Shown: positions 1-12,783 of the stretch, piece by piece
How the letters are laid out: each line of letters begins with the position of its first letter
Position numbering within the stretch: position 1 is the stretch's first letter
DNA from: Adineta vaga
Taxonomy: Eukaryota > Animalia > Rotifera
Length of the DNA: 64,000 nucleotides
Direction of reading: 5' to 3'
Assembly (NCBI GenBank): GCA_021613535.1
Contig: CP075495.1
Coordinates: forward strand, 10,106,001-10,170,000
Notes under the pieces: model-generated
Seen by the model: the letters and a program-made list of their open reading frames with translations, nothing else
Databases searched by the model: none
What the model was told of the DNA's origin: nothing
Made by a program: the position numbers and the translations under genes

Positions 1-1183
1 TGACCTGTTACACCCATCCATCGAATAAGACATATAATATCATCCATTTGATAGGCAGGATGTACGAAATTTCCTGCCTTAGCCAATGATAATGAAAAAG
101 AAAAAATGCTCATTGTATTAATAGAAAATGGTATTAATGCACCTAACATTAATGTACTTCGAAGTATACCAGTAATGCGCGTGAAAAATGATAGACCATC
201 TAAATTCCAATTGTAAAATAATGGTGGTTGATAAATAGTTGTTAATGCTGGAAAATTTGCTTTTATATATTGATAAGTTAATGCAGCAATGTATTGTCGA
301 TGAAATTGTGAATCAGCATCACATGTTGTTATGAGAATATGATCTCCATTGGTTTCATTTAATTTTAATTGTTCAACTGCTGTACGTAATGCATAATTAG
401 CATTCGAACATTTACCTGGAATTTCATTGACAAGTCCATATGGATGTATAGTAAAAATAAGTTTTCGAAAACCTGTTTGTGCATAATAAGTTTCTAATGT
501 TTGACATTTTAAATGAACATCTGGTGTACGTTCTTCAAATGAGATAACCATCGTTATCCGACTAACTTCTGTTTGTGCGGCAAGAGTATCCACACTTCGT
601 TTGATTAATTCTAATGGTTCTTTGTAACAACTAATAACAACCAAATGCTGAATCTTATTGCTTTCTTCAGTTGTTAACAAAGCAGAATAATCATCATATC
701 GATGACTAAAAAATAGAAATGCGACTAAAGACAAAACAAAAGGAGATAGCTATTAACTAACCGATATAGTATAAACGCATTACGTCCTGCAAGCAGACTG
801 ATGATAAGCCAAATGATTACAAATATACATTGAATAGAAGGTAAAATATATATAGCTAGTTCATTGGAAACAAACGGAAGCCAAAGTGGTAATGGACAGA
901 TGATCCAAACAAGTAAATTGAAAAGTAAATTCCAACGAAATCGTTGTTGTCCACTTTTGATATCATGATGATTGATTGGAATTGTTGATTCTGGTATCGA
1001 TATACTAATATTGTTATCTGATATTTTTGGTGTTGATACTGGTAACACTTCTTCTGGTATTGTATAATGATCATTAGATGAAATAGCTCGTCGATATGCT
1101 GGCTTATAGTCAATTTTTTCTGGTTGGAATCCTGTATTTTGATAACTAGAAGTTGCTTTGAGAATTTTTTGATGAAACGACAT
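1..1183 (-). CDS. Membrane-bound family 2 glycosyltransferase (3' end runs off the window)
   Basis: Exon 1 (1183-762) encodes two hydrophobic helices; GT-AG intron 761-706; exon 2 is open to base 1 and reads HLVVISCYKEP...HPYGLVNEIPGKCSNANYA...TTCDADS (DxD)...YQPPLFYNWN...AYQMDD, which are GT2 / GT-A motifs. Exon 2 is absent from the ORF track. Confidence 0.85.
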
Positions 1184-2354
1184 GATTTTAGAAATTGATT
1201 TTTAATTAAGTTATAATTTGCTGAATATATATATATATATACATATGCTGCTTTCATAGTCACGAAATGTACTTTTCTTCCATTCTGTCACGATTAAGGA
1301 GTATAGCTAACATGATGACTCATATGTTTTACTAATATAAATAGAGTATACTTATACAAGACTTTCAACCCGCGCAAAGCTATTGATTCATCGTATGATG
1401 TACTTTTAACACCAGTGCATGATCTTAAATAAGCTTTTTTTAAGTCGTGACTCATATTCTATATTATTTAAAGAAAACCACATTATGCTTTTAATAGACT
1501 CGTAAATACCACGCTATGAGTAAAACTTCTCAGCTGATTATAGTACGATAAAAAGTATTAGAATGAAAATATTTTGAAAAAAAATTAAATAACATTCGTT
1601 GTCTCTATCTATTCATTGGCGTTGACAACTATTGTCGACAAACAAGTCTAGTGACAACTCAACGGAAGATCCACCCGGTTGTCAATTGTGTTTTTTCCGG
1701 TTTCATATGTGTATACATCAATGTATGTTAGTGCAATACGATTAGCATCCATTCGTTGTTATTCCTAGGTCGTTTGTTTCTTAACATCTTTTCTCGCTTT
1801 GCCATCTCAACTCAAAAGAATCGAATGCATACAGTGCGTGAAGATCGTACATGGTGAGCGCAAGCTAGCAAACGTGCATGCACGCGCGTCTAATTGCCAG
1901 GAGATCGCTTTTCATCCGGCAACACACATGCAACGCTCGACGACGTCTAACTTAACACAGAACAGAAAAGAAAGAACAGCATGAGAACGATCATTTTCGC
2001 TTCTCGTCATCTTTCAGTGATCCGGGATGGTTAGAAAAGAAGGAAAGAAGACAGACGATAGCAGCAACGACGACGACGACATCAATGATGACTTGTATAT
2101 TCTATGTGTATGTGCGTGTGAATGTAAGTTTTGCTTCTCTAGTATTAGTAGTAACACAACGACTGGCACCTTCTGGCCTTTGCGTGCTATAATATTCTTA
2201 GAGAAAAGCAACTAAAAGAAGGGAATCACTTTTTTTCTCAAATATTAATGATGTTTGTATCCAAGAGACATGCACAGACAGATGGTTTGACTTTTATCGT
2301 TGTTATTCATAATACTGTTGTTGTTTCTGATCGTTTTCAATGTTTCCTCTTTCG

Positions 2355-2394
2355 TCATCATCATCATCATCATCATCGTCATTATTATTATTAT
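2355..2394 (+). repeat. (CAT)n/(TAT)n microsatellite
   Basis: Direct reading: catcatcatcatcatcatcgtcattattattattat. Confidence 0.8.
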
Positions 2395-3255
2395 CCTAAT
2401 GCCCATATTAGCCATCGTGTCATCATCGATATTGATATATTATTTAGTTTAAACAAAATAATTTGAGTCAGAATAGAAAGTAAACTGTACTTCTAAGCAA
2501 TAAATCAACAAATATTTTTTCTCAAATGAGAAAAAACAACATTCTTACATACTAAGATTGAGAACAAATACGCATATGATCTTATTTCTTTATTTTTTAC
2601 ATTAGTATGACTGCGTTGTATGACATTGCGATTACTTGTTACAACAAGCAACGAGAGAAAAAAATAGTTCTAAGTGAAATTAGTGCTGGAGACCTTGAAA
2701 CATTTGTGCTTAGGTATATGTTCCAAGTGCAAGGTAGATCAAACACATTGAAAAGGTGGAAAGAAAAAGACACATAAAGAGAGAGAGAAAAAGAAGAGAG
2801 AGAGAGGGAGAAAGAATAAAAGAGAGAAAAGAGGAAAAAACGGAGAACATTAATAATGTCGTCTACCTCGCATTTTTTCCTCTACTGTTGTTTTTCATCG
2901 ATCATATTAGTTCACTATGTTTTCATTCTGCTTGCTTGAAAGATTTTACTAACAACATAGTTATTTTATAGTTACCATCAATAATATAAATCGAGTTTGA
3001 CTTTCCTCACTCGAACTAATGAAATGAAAGTATCTTCTTTCTTCCTTTCTTTCTTTCTCGTTTGCTTGCAACGTTTTTTTTTGCGTGTTTTTCATTCTTT
3101 CTTGATTGTTTTACTTTCAGATTTGCTAGCGTATGAATATTGCAGGCACACCCTTTACTAGATGCGTCTTGTGATAGATGATGAATATAAGTGGCAGCAG
3201 TGGCAACTACACCGAACATTACTAGAAATAGCAATGCCGAACACCGCTGCCAACA

Positions 3256-5289
3256 ATGCTTCCTCGGAATCATGTCATCAATTTATTAACTGTAAGACCG
3301 CAAAATATTATTTCAACATCATCTGTTTATCATCGAATAAACAATAATAAACAACAACAACATATATCATTACAGACAAAAAATCGAACGAAAACTAAGA
3401 CAATTGCGACTACGTCGCTCATCTCGGTGAACATTACAAACATAACTGCTTCTTTTTCTCCTTCCACTTCATCGACTCCACAACAACAAATTTCATTCGA
3501 GGAGCACTATTCGGTTAAGACAGGAATCAAGACAGCAGCTATTCTTGGTGGTATGTAATTTATATCGTAGAAAAAGAAGAAGAAGAAGAAGAAAAAAATG
3601 AAGAAAGAAAGGAAAGAGCGAAAGAGAAAAAAAATGACACTCATTTTATCATTATTATTTCTACTATATGATTGCACGGATTCATCGATGTATGAATGAT
3701 TTTCTTGCACGACAATATGAGACTTAACCTTTTAAGATGAAAAGAATGCAGAAAAAAAAGCAAGAAATAAAACTATCTTGTAACAAAATCCTTTCGGTTA
3801 TAATTCGACTAGAATTATTATCAATGTCGACCGGAAACGATATAAAACATCCTTTCATCAATAAACAAATATTCTGTTTTAATACAAAATCTTCTCGATT
3901 TTGTCCTACATTCATAAAGAACAAAATACAACTTTTTCGATGTACACGCAAAAAACTCATATTCTGTCATTCTCATTAGAAGAAATATAATTCATCATGA
4001 ATAATGGGAAATAGCTATTATACGTTTCAAAAGAAAGAAAAAAACCAAGAACAGAAACCTTAAGCTGACAGGTTTTGGTAATTTATTTTTTATTAGAGAA
4101 AACAAAATTGTATATCTGTTTATATCGAAGTTACGGATAAGTTGATCTAAATAGATAGATCTTTATTTCGTGATAAGTGCCACTTAAGTTGAAGAGAAAA
4201 AGAATATTCCTAAAGCGATAATATGGGTAATATATATATATATAATGTCAAAGGAGACAATCGCCTGAGATTTGTAACAAAAGAAGATGAACTATGGCAA
4301 CAAATAGAGAATAGTTAACGGAAAATTGTAAAGAAAAATGAAAGAAATTAATGATAAGAACAACGTATCAGATTTAAAGAGAAAAAAAACAAGAAAGAGA
4401 AGTAGGAGAGTATTGACGATTGACAACAAGGTGCGTTGAATAATGGCAGAAAAGCATTCAAGTCATGATTAATTACTCGAAATGAAGGAGTAACAAAAAA
4501 AAGGCAGTTTGGCTCATGGAAACTAAGACATTGATTAATATTTTGAAATACAAAGCTTGTTAATATTCTTCTTATATATCAATCAATGAATCAAATTTTC
4601 AGTTTCATATGACAACGTCTAATAGAATTCATTATTTTTTAGGTATGCTATTCCTTGTCGTCTTATATTTACTATGGAAAGCTCGTTCACGTTTATGTCG
4701 TTCTTCACCAACTGGTATTCGTAATCCACGTTTATCAGCAGCTAAATTTGATCTCGATTATTGGCTTAAGCAAGTTGATTTACTTGAAGCTAAAGAAGCT
4801 GAACGTAATCGTGGTGATCAGTCCTTATATCTTGAACTACCTAATGTTGATCCACGAGATAATCGTGAAGCAACAGCATCATGGATTGTTGATGCTTATC
4901 GTCAATGGCGTTTAATTCAATATCGACAACGACAACCAGTTCTTCGATCAAATTCAACGGAAAAAACAGAAACAAATCCTATACCATATCGAAGACGACG
5001 ATATCTTTTTCGACGTTTCTTTCGACGACTTTTATCATCATCTCGTCAAGATCCATTGTATTTAAATGAACATTCACAAGCTTTAATTATTGGAATGAGA
5101 CCGAGTATAGTAAGTAATAGTTTTATTCCACCACCATTGACATCCAATTTACAAATGCGACGAGCTTCATCATGGCCTCGTCTGAAATCCAATCGTCATC
5201 CAACAGGTGCCCCGATGAGTGCTCTCCAAACACATCTTGCTAGAAAACGTCTTCTCAAACGAACATCAAGAACTACATTTGATATATAG
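3256..5289 (+). CDS. Uncharacterised single-pass membrane protein (2 coding exons)
   Basis: Exon 3256-3550 joins exon 4643-5289 through a phase-1 GT-AG intron, giving a continuous hydrophobic helix TGIKTAAILGG|MLFLVVLYLLW followed by basic KARSR; Ser/Thr-rich N-terminus. Confidence 0.75.
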
Positions 5290-6511
5290 GAAAAGAAAGA
5301 AAAACGAGTTTTTTTCTCAATGTTTCATTGTTTGTCATTTTGTTCTATTCTTTATTGTTGTTCATGAAAGAAAAATAAAGATAGCTACTATGGATTTTTT
5401 TATTCAAAGAACAAAACATACATATACAATGCAATACATTTTCAACAACATCAAATGACATTTTCTATTTAAATTTTGAATCTAATTGATAATGAGTAGT
5501 CAATTAGGCAAACTGTCCTGTTCAATTTCTAATGGATTTTGTTCTAATCAAGTCTTTTGGTTATTACTTATCGTGTTTAATGTAAAATGATCATGTAATA
5601 TTCATTAGTTTATATAAAACATACTTATATCTATTAGGATTGACTTTCGATGTTAAGAGTCGAGTGGTAGGTTATCAAAAACTATAAATGAAAATGTTTG
5701 TTTTGCTTCTAGAATTACTTAGACATTTATTCGTTTGCATCTTCTGAATTAGAAAGATTAGTTTTCTCAGTTAATTCACTAAAGGATAGAATTTGACGAA
5801 ATTAAATACAAATATCTTTTGCAGCTTTACACTATGACAAAGACAGATAATCAATATTCTTGATTGACATATGCTGTTTTCATAGTATCAATAGTTGTTT
5901 ATTATTCCATAGACAGTATCTATCTCATCTTTCAGCAATTTATTATGTCTTTGTTTTTGCCTATTTTCCTATATTATTGATGTCATATCTGTGTTTATCT
6001 TTGTTGAAAGATATATCTACATCGTTGATTATATATAATTGTATTTACTTTCCTATCAAAGATCATATTTTCTCATGATTCAATTAATTGCAAAGTACTG
6101 CTATAGTACCGATTAAATAAAAATATTCCTGACCTCAAAACATAGAACTACTATCCTTTCTCGTTCTCCTGGGTCATATGTTTCGATATGAACAATTCGA
6201 TTATAACAATCCAGACAAAATTAGTATTACTCAAAGATTGTAAATTAGAATATCTTTGTCGTTATTTGTTATGACAAAGCAGTAATAAAATCAGAATCGA
6301 TTATAATCAAACAAAAATAACATAGAATTCTAATAAAAGAAAGCGTTTATATATGCTAATACAAAAACAAAGCAAATAACCTCCTCTCCGTAGTTTCCCT
6401 ACAAACCAAGTACTACAACTAACCAAAGCAAATCAACAATGACAATATGAATAGATTTTTTTTGAAAAAAAACAGGTTATTTCATGCGAAAAAATGAACA
6501 TTCATCAATCA

Positions 6512-8220
6512 TCAGTGAAAAATATAATTCTGAGAATCAAATTTTCTCATCAATAAAATATACACCCAAGTAAAATGAGGCCATATACTTGTGTTGTTTC
6601 CTTTCGCATCTTGATACCAAGAATGACATCCACCACTTTGCCAAACAGTATTCTTCAATTTCGATTGTAACTTTTGATTGTATTCATCATGTACATTTTG
6701 TTTCACGTCAATTGTTCGTTTGTTATTTTCACTCATGTACAGAAGGGTTTCGGCAATGTATTTTATCTGTGCTTCGATCATAACAACGACGGAGTTATGA
6801 CCAAGACCTGTGTTGGGGCCCAGAAGAAGAAATAGATTTGGAAAATTTGGTACAGTCACACCTCGATATGCCTGAAAAGAGATGTCGATATATTTCGATT
6901 GATTTTTGTGTATGATGTACTTACTTGCATTGTTTCTGACCATTGTTCAGCTAATGATCGACCTTTGATTCCATAGATTGGTAATGGAAAGGTTTGTACT
7001 TGAAATCCAGTTGACCAAATGATGATGTCGACTGGATATTCATCACCATCATGAGTAACAATGGAATTTGCTGTGACTTCTCGAATACGATTCGTAACAA
7101 CCTCGACATTAGATTGTTGTAGTGCTGGAAACCAGTCATTCGAAACCAATACTCGTTTGCAACCTAAATCGAATGTTGGTGTTAATTTCTTTCTTAATTC
7201 TTCATTTTTAATTTGTCTCGTTAAATGAAATTTCACGACTGTTTGATATAAGAATCGAATTGGTAAACGATAAGCGAAGGAAAGAGCAGTCGATTCGCGA
7301 ATCCAATAAATCAAACCTCGAATAAATTTTTGAATAAATGGAAATTGAACAAAGAGTCGTTTTTCGAAATCTGTCACTTTTCGATCAGCACGCGGAATAA
7401 CCCATGCTGGTGTACGTTGAAATACATACAACTGTTTCACACCAGATTTCTGAATCTCAGGTACAGTTTGAATAGCACTTGCACCAGTTCCTACGACAGC
7501 AACTCGTTTGTTTGCAAGCTTCAACTCTTTATTCCATTCGGCTGTATGACACATTTCACCTTCAAATTTGTCAATGCCAGATATATCTTTTGGATACGAT
7601 GCATTCGATAATGGTCCATAACCAGCTAGCACGAATTGTGCATATAATTTCGTTTCATTATCATTTGATTGAGTTGTGATTTCCCACAACTGTTTATCTT
7701 CTAACCATTTCAATTCAGTAACTGTTGTGTGAAATTTTACATGTCGACGAATATCATATTTGTCTGCACAATGTTCGAGATATTCACCTATTTCAGGTTG
7801 TCGACCAAAGAAATATGACCAATTTGGATTAGGTTCGAATGAGAATGAATAAAGATTGGATGGTACGTCACATGCACAACCTGGGTATTTGTTTGCATAC
7901 CATGTTCCACCAACATGTCCATGTCGTTCAATGATAAGAAAATTGTCAGTACCGAGTTCTTTCAATTTGATAGCCATGCCGAGACCAGAAAATCCTGAAC
8001 CAATGATAAGAGAGTAGTATTGATTTGGTTGTTGTTGTTGTTGTGTTGATGGGATGTTAAGTTTTGGATTGGTTCGTTCATTTCCTAAACCACATAAATC
8101 ATACAGGAACCAATATAGAAATTGACCGGTAAAACCAATAAAGACGGTAATACTCATTACCAAATAAGTGAGTAAAAGTGATAATAATATGCGAAGTTTA
8201 GTCCACGAATTTTGCTCCAT
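6512..8220 (-). CDS. Type I Baeyer-Villiger / flavin-containing monooxygenase, copy 1, with N-terminal hydrophobic helix
   Basis: GSGFSG (FAD), GGTWYANKYPGCACD, FEGEMCHTAEW (FxGxxxHxxxW fingerprint), GTGASA (NADPH); one 53-nt intron at 6924-6872. Confidence 0.95.
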
Positions 8221-8929
8221 CTAAAACGAAGAATCTCTTTAATGTATATTGTGACTACTTGTGATGTCGACAATAAATGAAATGCGAAAAGTGTGTGTAA
8301 AGAGTGATATTTATATACACGTGTTGGTGTGACTCAATGTACGTTTTGTTCGAAAGTTCGCAAAGAAAGTGCTAGCAAGAGAAAAAATAAAACTACTATC
8401 GTACTTTTTCGTTCTTCTTCTGAAGCGGTAAGAGTACAAGGTTGACAACGTGTCACTCGTTCGAATATTATAACATATAAAAGATGTCGAATATGTATCT
8501 CTTCTTTTATACACTGCTTGGTCGAAAAATTAGTGTTCTAGAGAAGTTTGTAACTTTTTTAAAAACTATCCAATTACGATACATTCTGACGTCTCTTTCT
8601 ATGATCATACGCGTTAGATGATGAAAACAAAGATGGATATGTATTAACGATATCGATGACAAACATCGTCCACATCGTCTATATAAAATATGTCTGCATC
8701 TACGTGAGATGTTCATAGTCGTATCATGTGAGTTTTTCAACAAAATAAAGTTCTTCATCGTGATAAAACCACTTCAGCGATCATAATTCTTAACGCTTTA
8801 AACATTGTAAACTTGTTGATCAAACAATCAAAACAAATGAAAAAGAATATATTTTTAAGTTCTATTCGAAAACAAACAAAAACAGTACAACTTTTTCTCT
8901 ACAAAAAAAAATAAATATAACGCTGAGGA

Positions 8930-10647
8930 TCATTGAAAAATATAATTCTGAGAATCAAATTTTCTCATCAATAAAATATACACCCAAGTAAAATGAGGCC
9001 ATATAGTTGTGTTGTTTCCTTTCGCATCTTGATACCAAGAATGACATCCACCACTTTGCCAAACGGTATTCTTCAATTTCGATTGTAACTTTTGATTGTA
9101 TTCATCATGTACATTCTGTTTCACGTCAATTGTTCGTTTGTTATTTTCACTCATGTATAGAAGGGTTTCGGCAATGTATTGGATCTGTGCTTCGATCATA
9201 ACAACGACGGAGTTATGACCAAGACCTGTGTTGGGACCCAGAAGAAGAAATAGATTTGGAAAATTTGGTACAGTCACACCTCGATATGCCTGAAAAGAGA
9301 TGTCGATATATTTTGATTGATTTCTGTGTATGATGTACTTACCTGCATTGTTTCTGACCATTGTTCGGCTAATGATCGACCTTTGATTCCATAGATTGGT
9401 AATGGAAAGGTTTGTACTTGAAATCCAGTTGACCAAATGATGATGTCGACTGGATATTCATCACCATCATAAGTAACAATGGAATTTGCTGTGACTTCTC
9501 GAATACGATTCGTAACAACTTCGACATTAGATTGTTGTAGTGCTGGAAACCAGTCATTCGAAACCAATACTCGTTTGCAACCTAAATCGAATGTTGGTGT
9601 TAATTTCTTTCTTAATGCTTCATCTTCGACTTGACTTCTAAGATTGTATTTAATAAGTTGAGCATATAAGAATCGGATTGGTAAACGATATGCAAATGAT
9701 AATACAACTGATTCACGTGACCAATAGACAATAGCTCGAAGCAATTTTTGAATGATTGGAAACTTTCTGAAAATCTTTTTCTCCAATTTTGTTACCGAAC
9801 GATCTAAACGTGGAATAACTCATGCTGGTGTACGTTGAAATACATACAATTGTTTCACACCAGATTTCTGAATCTCAGGTACAGTTTGAATAGCACTTGC
9901 ACCAGTTCCTACGACAGCAACTCGTTTGTTTGCAAGCTTCAACTCTTTATTCCATTCGGCTGTATGACACATTTCACCTTCAAATTTGTCAATGCCAGAT
10001 ATATCTTTTGGATACGATGCATTCGATAATGGTCCATAACCAGCTAGCACGAATTGTGCATATAATTTCGTTTCATTATCATTTGATTGAGTTGTGATTT
10101 CCCACAACTGTTTATCTTCTAACCATTTCAATTCAGTAACTGTTGTGTGAAATTTCACATGTCGACGAATATCATATTTGTCTGCACAATGTTCGAGATA
10201 TTCACCTATTTCAGGTTGTCGACTAAAGAAGTATGACCAATTTGGATTAGGTTCGAATGAGAATGAATAAAGATTGGATGGTACGTCACATGCACAACCT
10301 GGGTATTTGTTTGCATACCATGTTCCACCAACATGTCCATGTCGTTCAATGATAAGAAAATTGTCAGTACCGAGTTCTTTCAATTTGATAGCCATGCCGA
10401 GACCAGAAAATCCTGAACCAATGATAAGAGAATAGTATTGATTTGGTTGTTGTTGTTGTTGCTGTTGTTGTGTTGATGGGATGTTAATTTTTGGTTTGGT
10501 TCGTTCATTTCCTAAACCACATAAATCATACAGGAACCAATAGAAGAAGTGACCAATCAATCATAAAATAACCGTAAAAGACACTATAACAGAAGTGCCA
10601 AACAAGGACATAAGTAAACGTGCGCTTGACTTGAAGCTCGTGTTCAT
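8930..10647 (-). pseudogene. Baeyer-Villiger monooxygenase copy 2; full length but with two in-frame TGA codons (pseudogene, recoded gene or base-call errors)
   Basis: Collinear with copy 1 with the same intron; ATG at 10647; in-frame TGA at 10563-10561 and 9822-9820; no frameshift seen. Confidence 0.8.
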
Positions 10648-11004
10648 CTAGAAAATAATTAGACTAAAGGGAAATATATGTATGGTGTAACTGGTATTTA
10701 TTACTGGATGATTCGAACAAAGAAAAACGTAAATGGCGTGTACTGTTATTTTTATACGGCAAAAGGTAAAGTGAAGAATGCAAAATTTCTTTCTTTGATG
10801 TGTCTCTCTCTTCGTTGTTTTTTATGTTACATGAACATGTAGTCGTTTTCTCCCCACTGATAAAGATATGTATTTCATAGAACGTTCAGTGGAGAAATGC
10901 TTGGATGAAATTCAAATGAGTCATTTTGACTTATTCACGTACATACGAGAAAAAAAATGACAGAAGAACAAAACTAAAAGTATCTACTCTATTCAATCAA
11001 TAAT

Positions 11005-12092
11005 TTATCGAGTCATATTTAAAATATATCTTGCTCGTCGAAGTAATGGTTTATCAACCATTGTTTGACCACGAAATGTGAATGCTCCTTTTCCTTCTTC
11101 TTTTTCATGTTTTTCATATGCTTGAATTAATTCTTTTGCCCATATCACACTTGCTTCCGATGGAGAAAATGCTGTTTGAACAATGGGAACTTGTTGAGGA
11201 TGAATCACCTGTTTACCAGTGAAACCCCATGCTGCACCTTGTTCAGCTTGTTTCTTTAATCCATCTAAATCTTTAAAACTAATATAAACCATATCAATCG
11301 GTTGAGCATTTTCAAATAGACGACAAGTTGTGATTATTTTTTGTCTTGCATAAGTTAATTCTGATGCTTCAAGTGAATAACGACCGTTAATACCAACATC
11401 TGCTGAAAAATCATCCGAACCAAAAACAACGCCTTGTAGTGAAAATAAATTTGATGCAGTTGTCAGAATAGAACGAAGATCTAATAAACTTCGTGCACTT
11501 TCACAATATAAAACTAAGTTATATCGATGATTCGACTAAAATAACAAATGAATAGAAATAGAATCCTTTGATATTTACATAGTTAATATATGAACATAAT
11601 CGCACAATTATATACGTTCTTCGATGTCTTTCTTCAATGAAGCACAAAACGATAATGAAAATGTTAGTCAATAAAAATCCAGTTCTAGAAATCTATACGT
11701 ACACCTAAACGATCTGCAAGCCATTTCATATCATCCACAGAATCAACTTTAGGTACGAAGAGACAATCAATAGATGTTGATAAATCTTTTAAAAGTTTAA
11801 CATCATCGTTAATATGACTTGATGTAACAGCATTTATTCGTACACATATTTCTCGATTAATTTTCGATACGGATTCATTTAAATAACGAAAAATATTTTC
11901 ACGCGCTATTTGTTTTGCACTTTCAGCAACACCATCTTCTAAATCTAGTACCACACAATCTGTATTGGTAAATGTTGGAAGTTTAGCTATTTTTTTCCAA
12001 TCACTCGAAGGTATCGTTAATACAGCACGACGTGGTAAACTTCGACCATAATAAGCTCCTATTTGACGTATGACAGCAGCAGCAGCAGCCAT
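11005..12092 (-). CDS. CLYBL: Citrate lyase beta-like protein / citramalyl-CoA lyase (HpcH/CitE family)
   Basis: PRRAVL, DCVVLDLEDGVA, VRINA, PKVDS, VVFGSDDF, GFTGKQVIHPQQV, MVDKP; intervening intron region 11702-11536. Confidence 0.92.
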
Positions 12093-12540
12093 ATTTACTT
12101 TTATATTTTAGAACGAAAGGAAAAGCATATGTTAGTGTTCAGAGTACTGGTGAGATATAACTGACCAATCATAATTTTGTACAGTAGCATTAAGATAGCT
12201 TCGTTTTTTTCTGAATCTCATACGTTTGAGTGACCTCTGTCGACTAGTCTTCGAAGTAACACATTGATTACTTTGTTTGAAATCGTTCTCTGAAATCATC
12301 TACGAATATATTCAATTTACAAACATATAAAAAATGAAGTCGCAAGAATAAAAGACTGAATTTCTTAATTAATTTTGTGTGAAAATTTTTATGGAGACAG
12401 TCGAAATTTCATTCTGTATATGAATGGATGTTCATAAATTGATAGAGGCATTCGCATATTCATACATTTTCGTTTAGATACAATCAAGCTAGTCAGGGAT
12501 TAATCCTCTTCTACAACTAACTAAACATCGTATGAACCAA

Positions 12541-12590
12541 ACATACGTACATACGTACATATATATATATATACATACATATATATATAC
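12541..12590 (+). repeat. (TACA)n/(TA)n microsatellite upstream of SMYD4
   Basis: acatacgtacatacgtacatatatatatatatacatacatatatatatac read directly. Confidence 0.8.
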
Positions 12591-12783
12591 AACGACAGAG
12601 AAAAAAGAGAAGAGAACGTTAATACAAGTTAAAGCAAATGTCTTGCCTCGTATTATACTGCTAAGCTACAAGTAAGAAGAGTAAAAAAGAAAAAGAACGA
12701 AAAATATTTCTCTTTTTTTTGTTCTATGACCACCAGTGTCTGACCTCTTTGATTATTATACAGTAACAGACTAAAACAGACAT

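Noticed and set aside
1316-1454. Two AP-1 type TGACTCA sites upstream of the GT2 gene
   Set aside because: A 7-mer of this composition is expected several times by chance in 64 kb; no independent support.
6512-10647. Genome-wide reassignment of TGA to Trp
   Set aside because: Other Trp codons inspected are TGG, and TGA terminates both BVMOs, the Pmp3 gene and the CCDC74-like gene.
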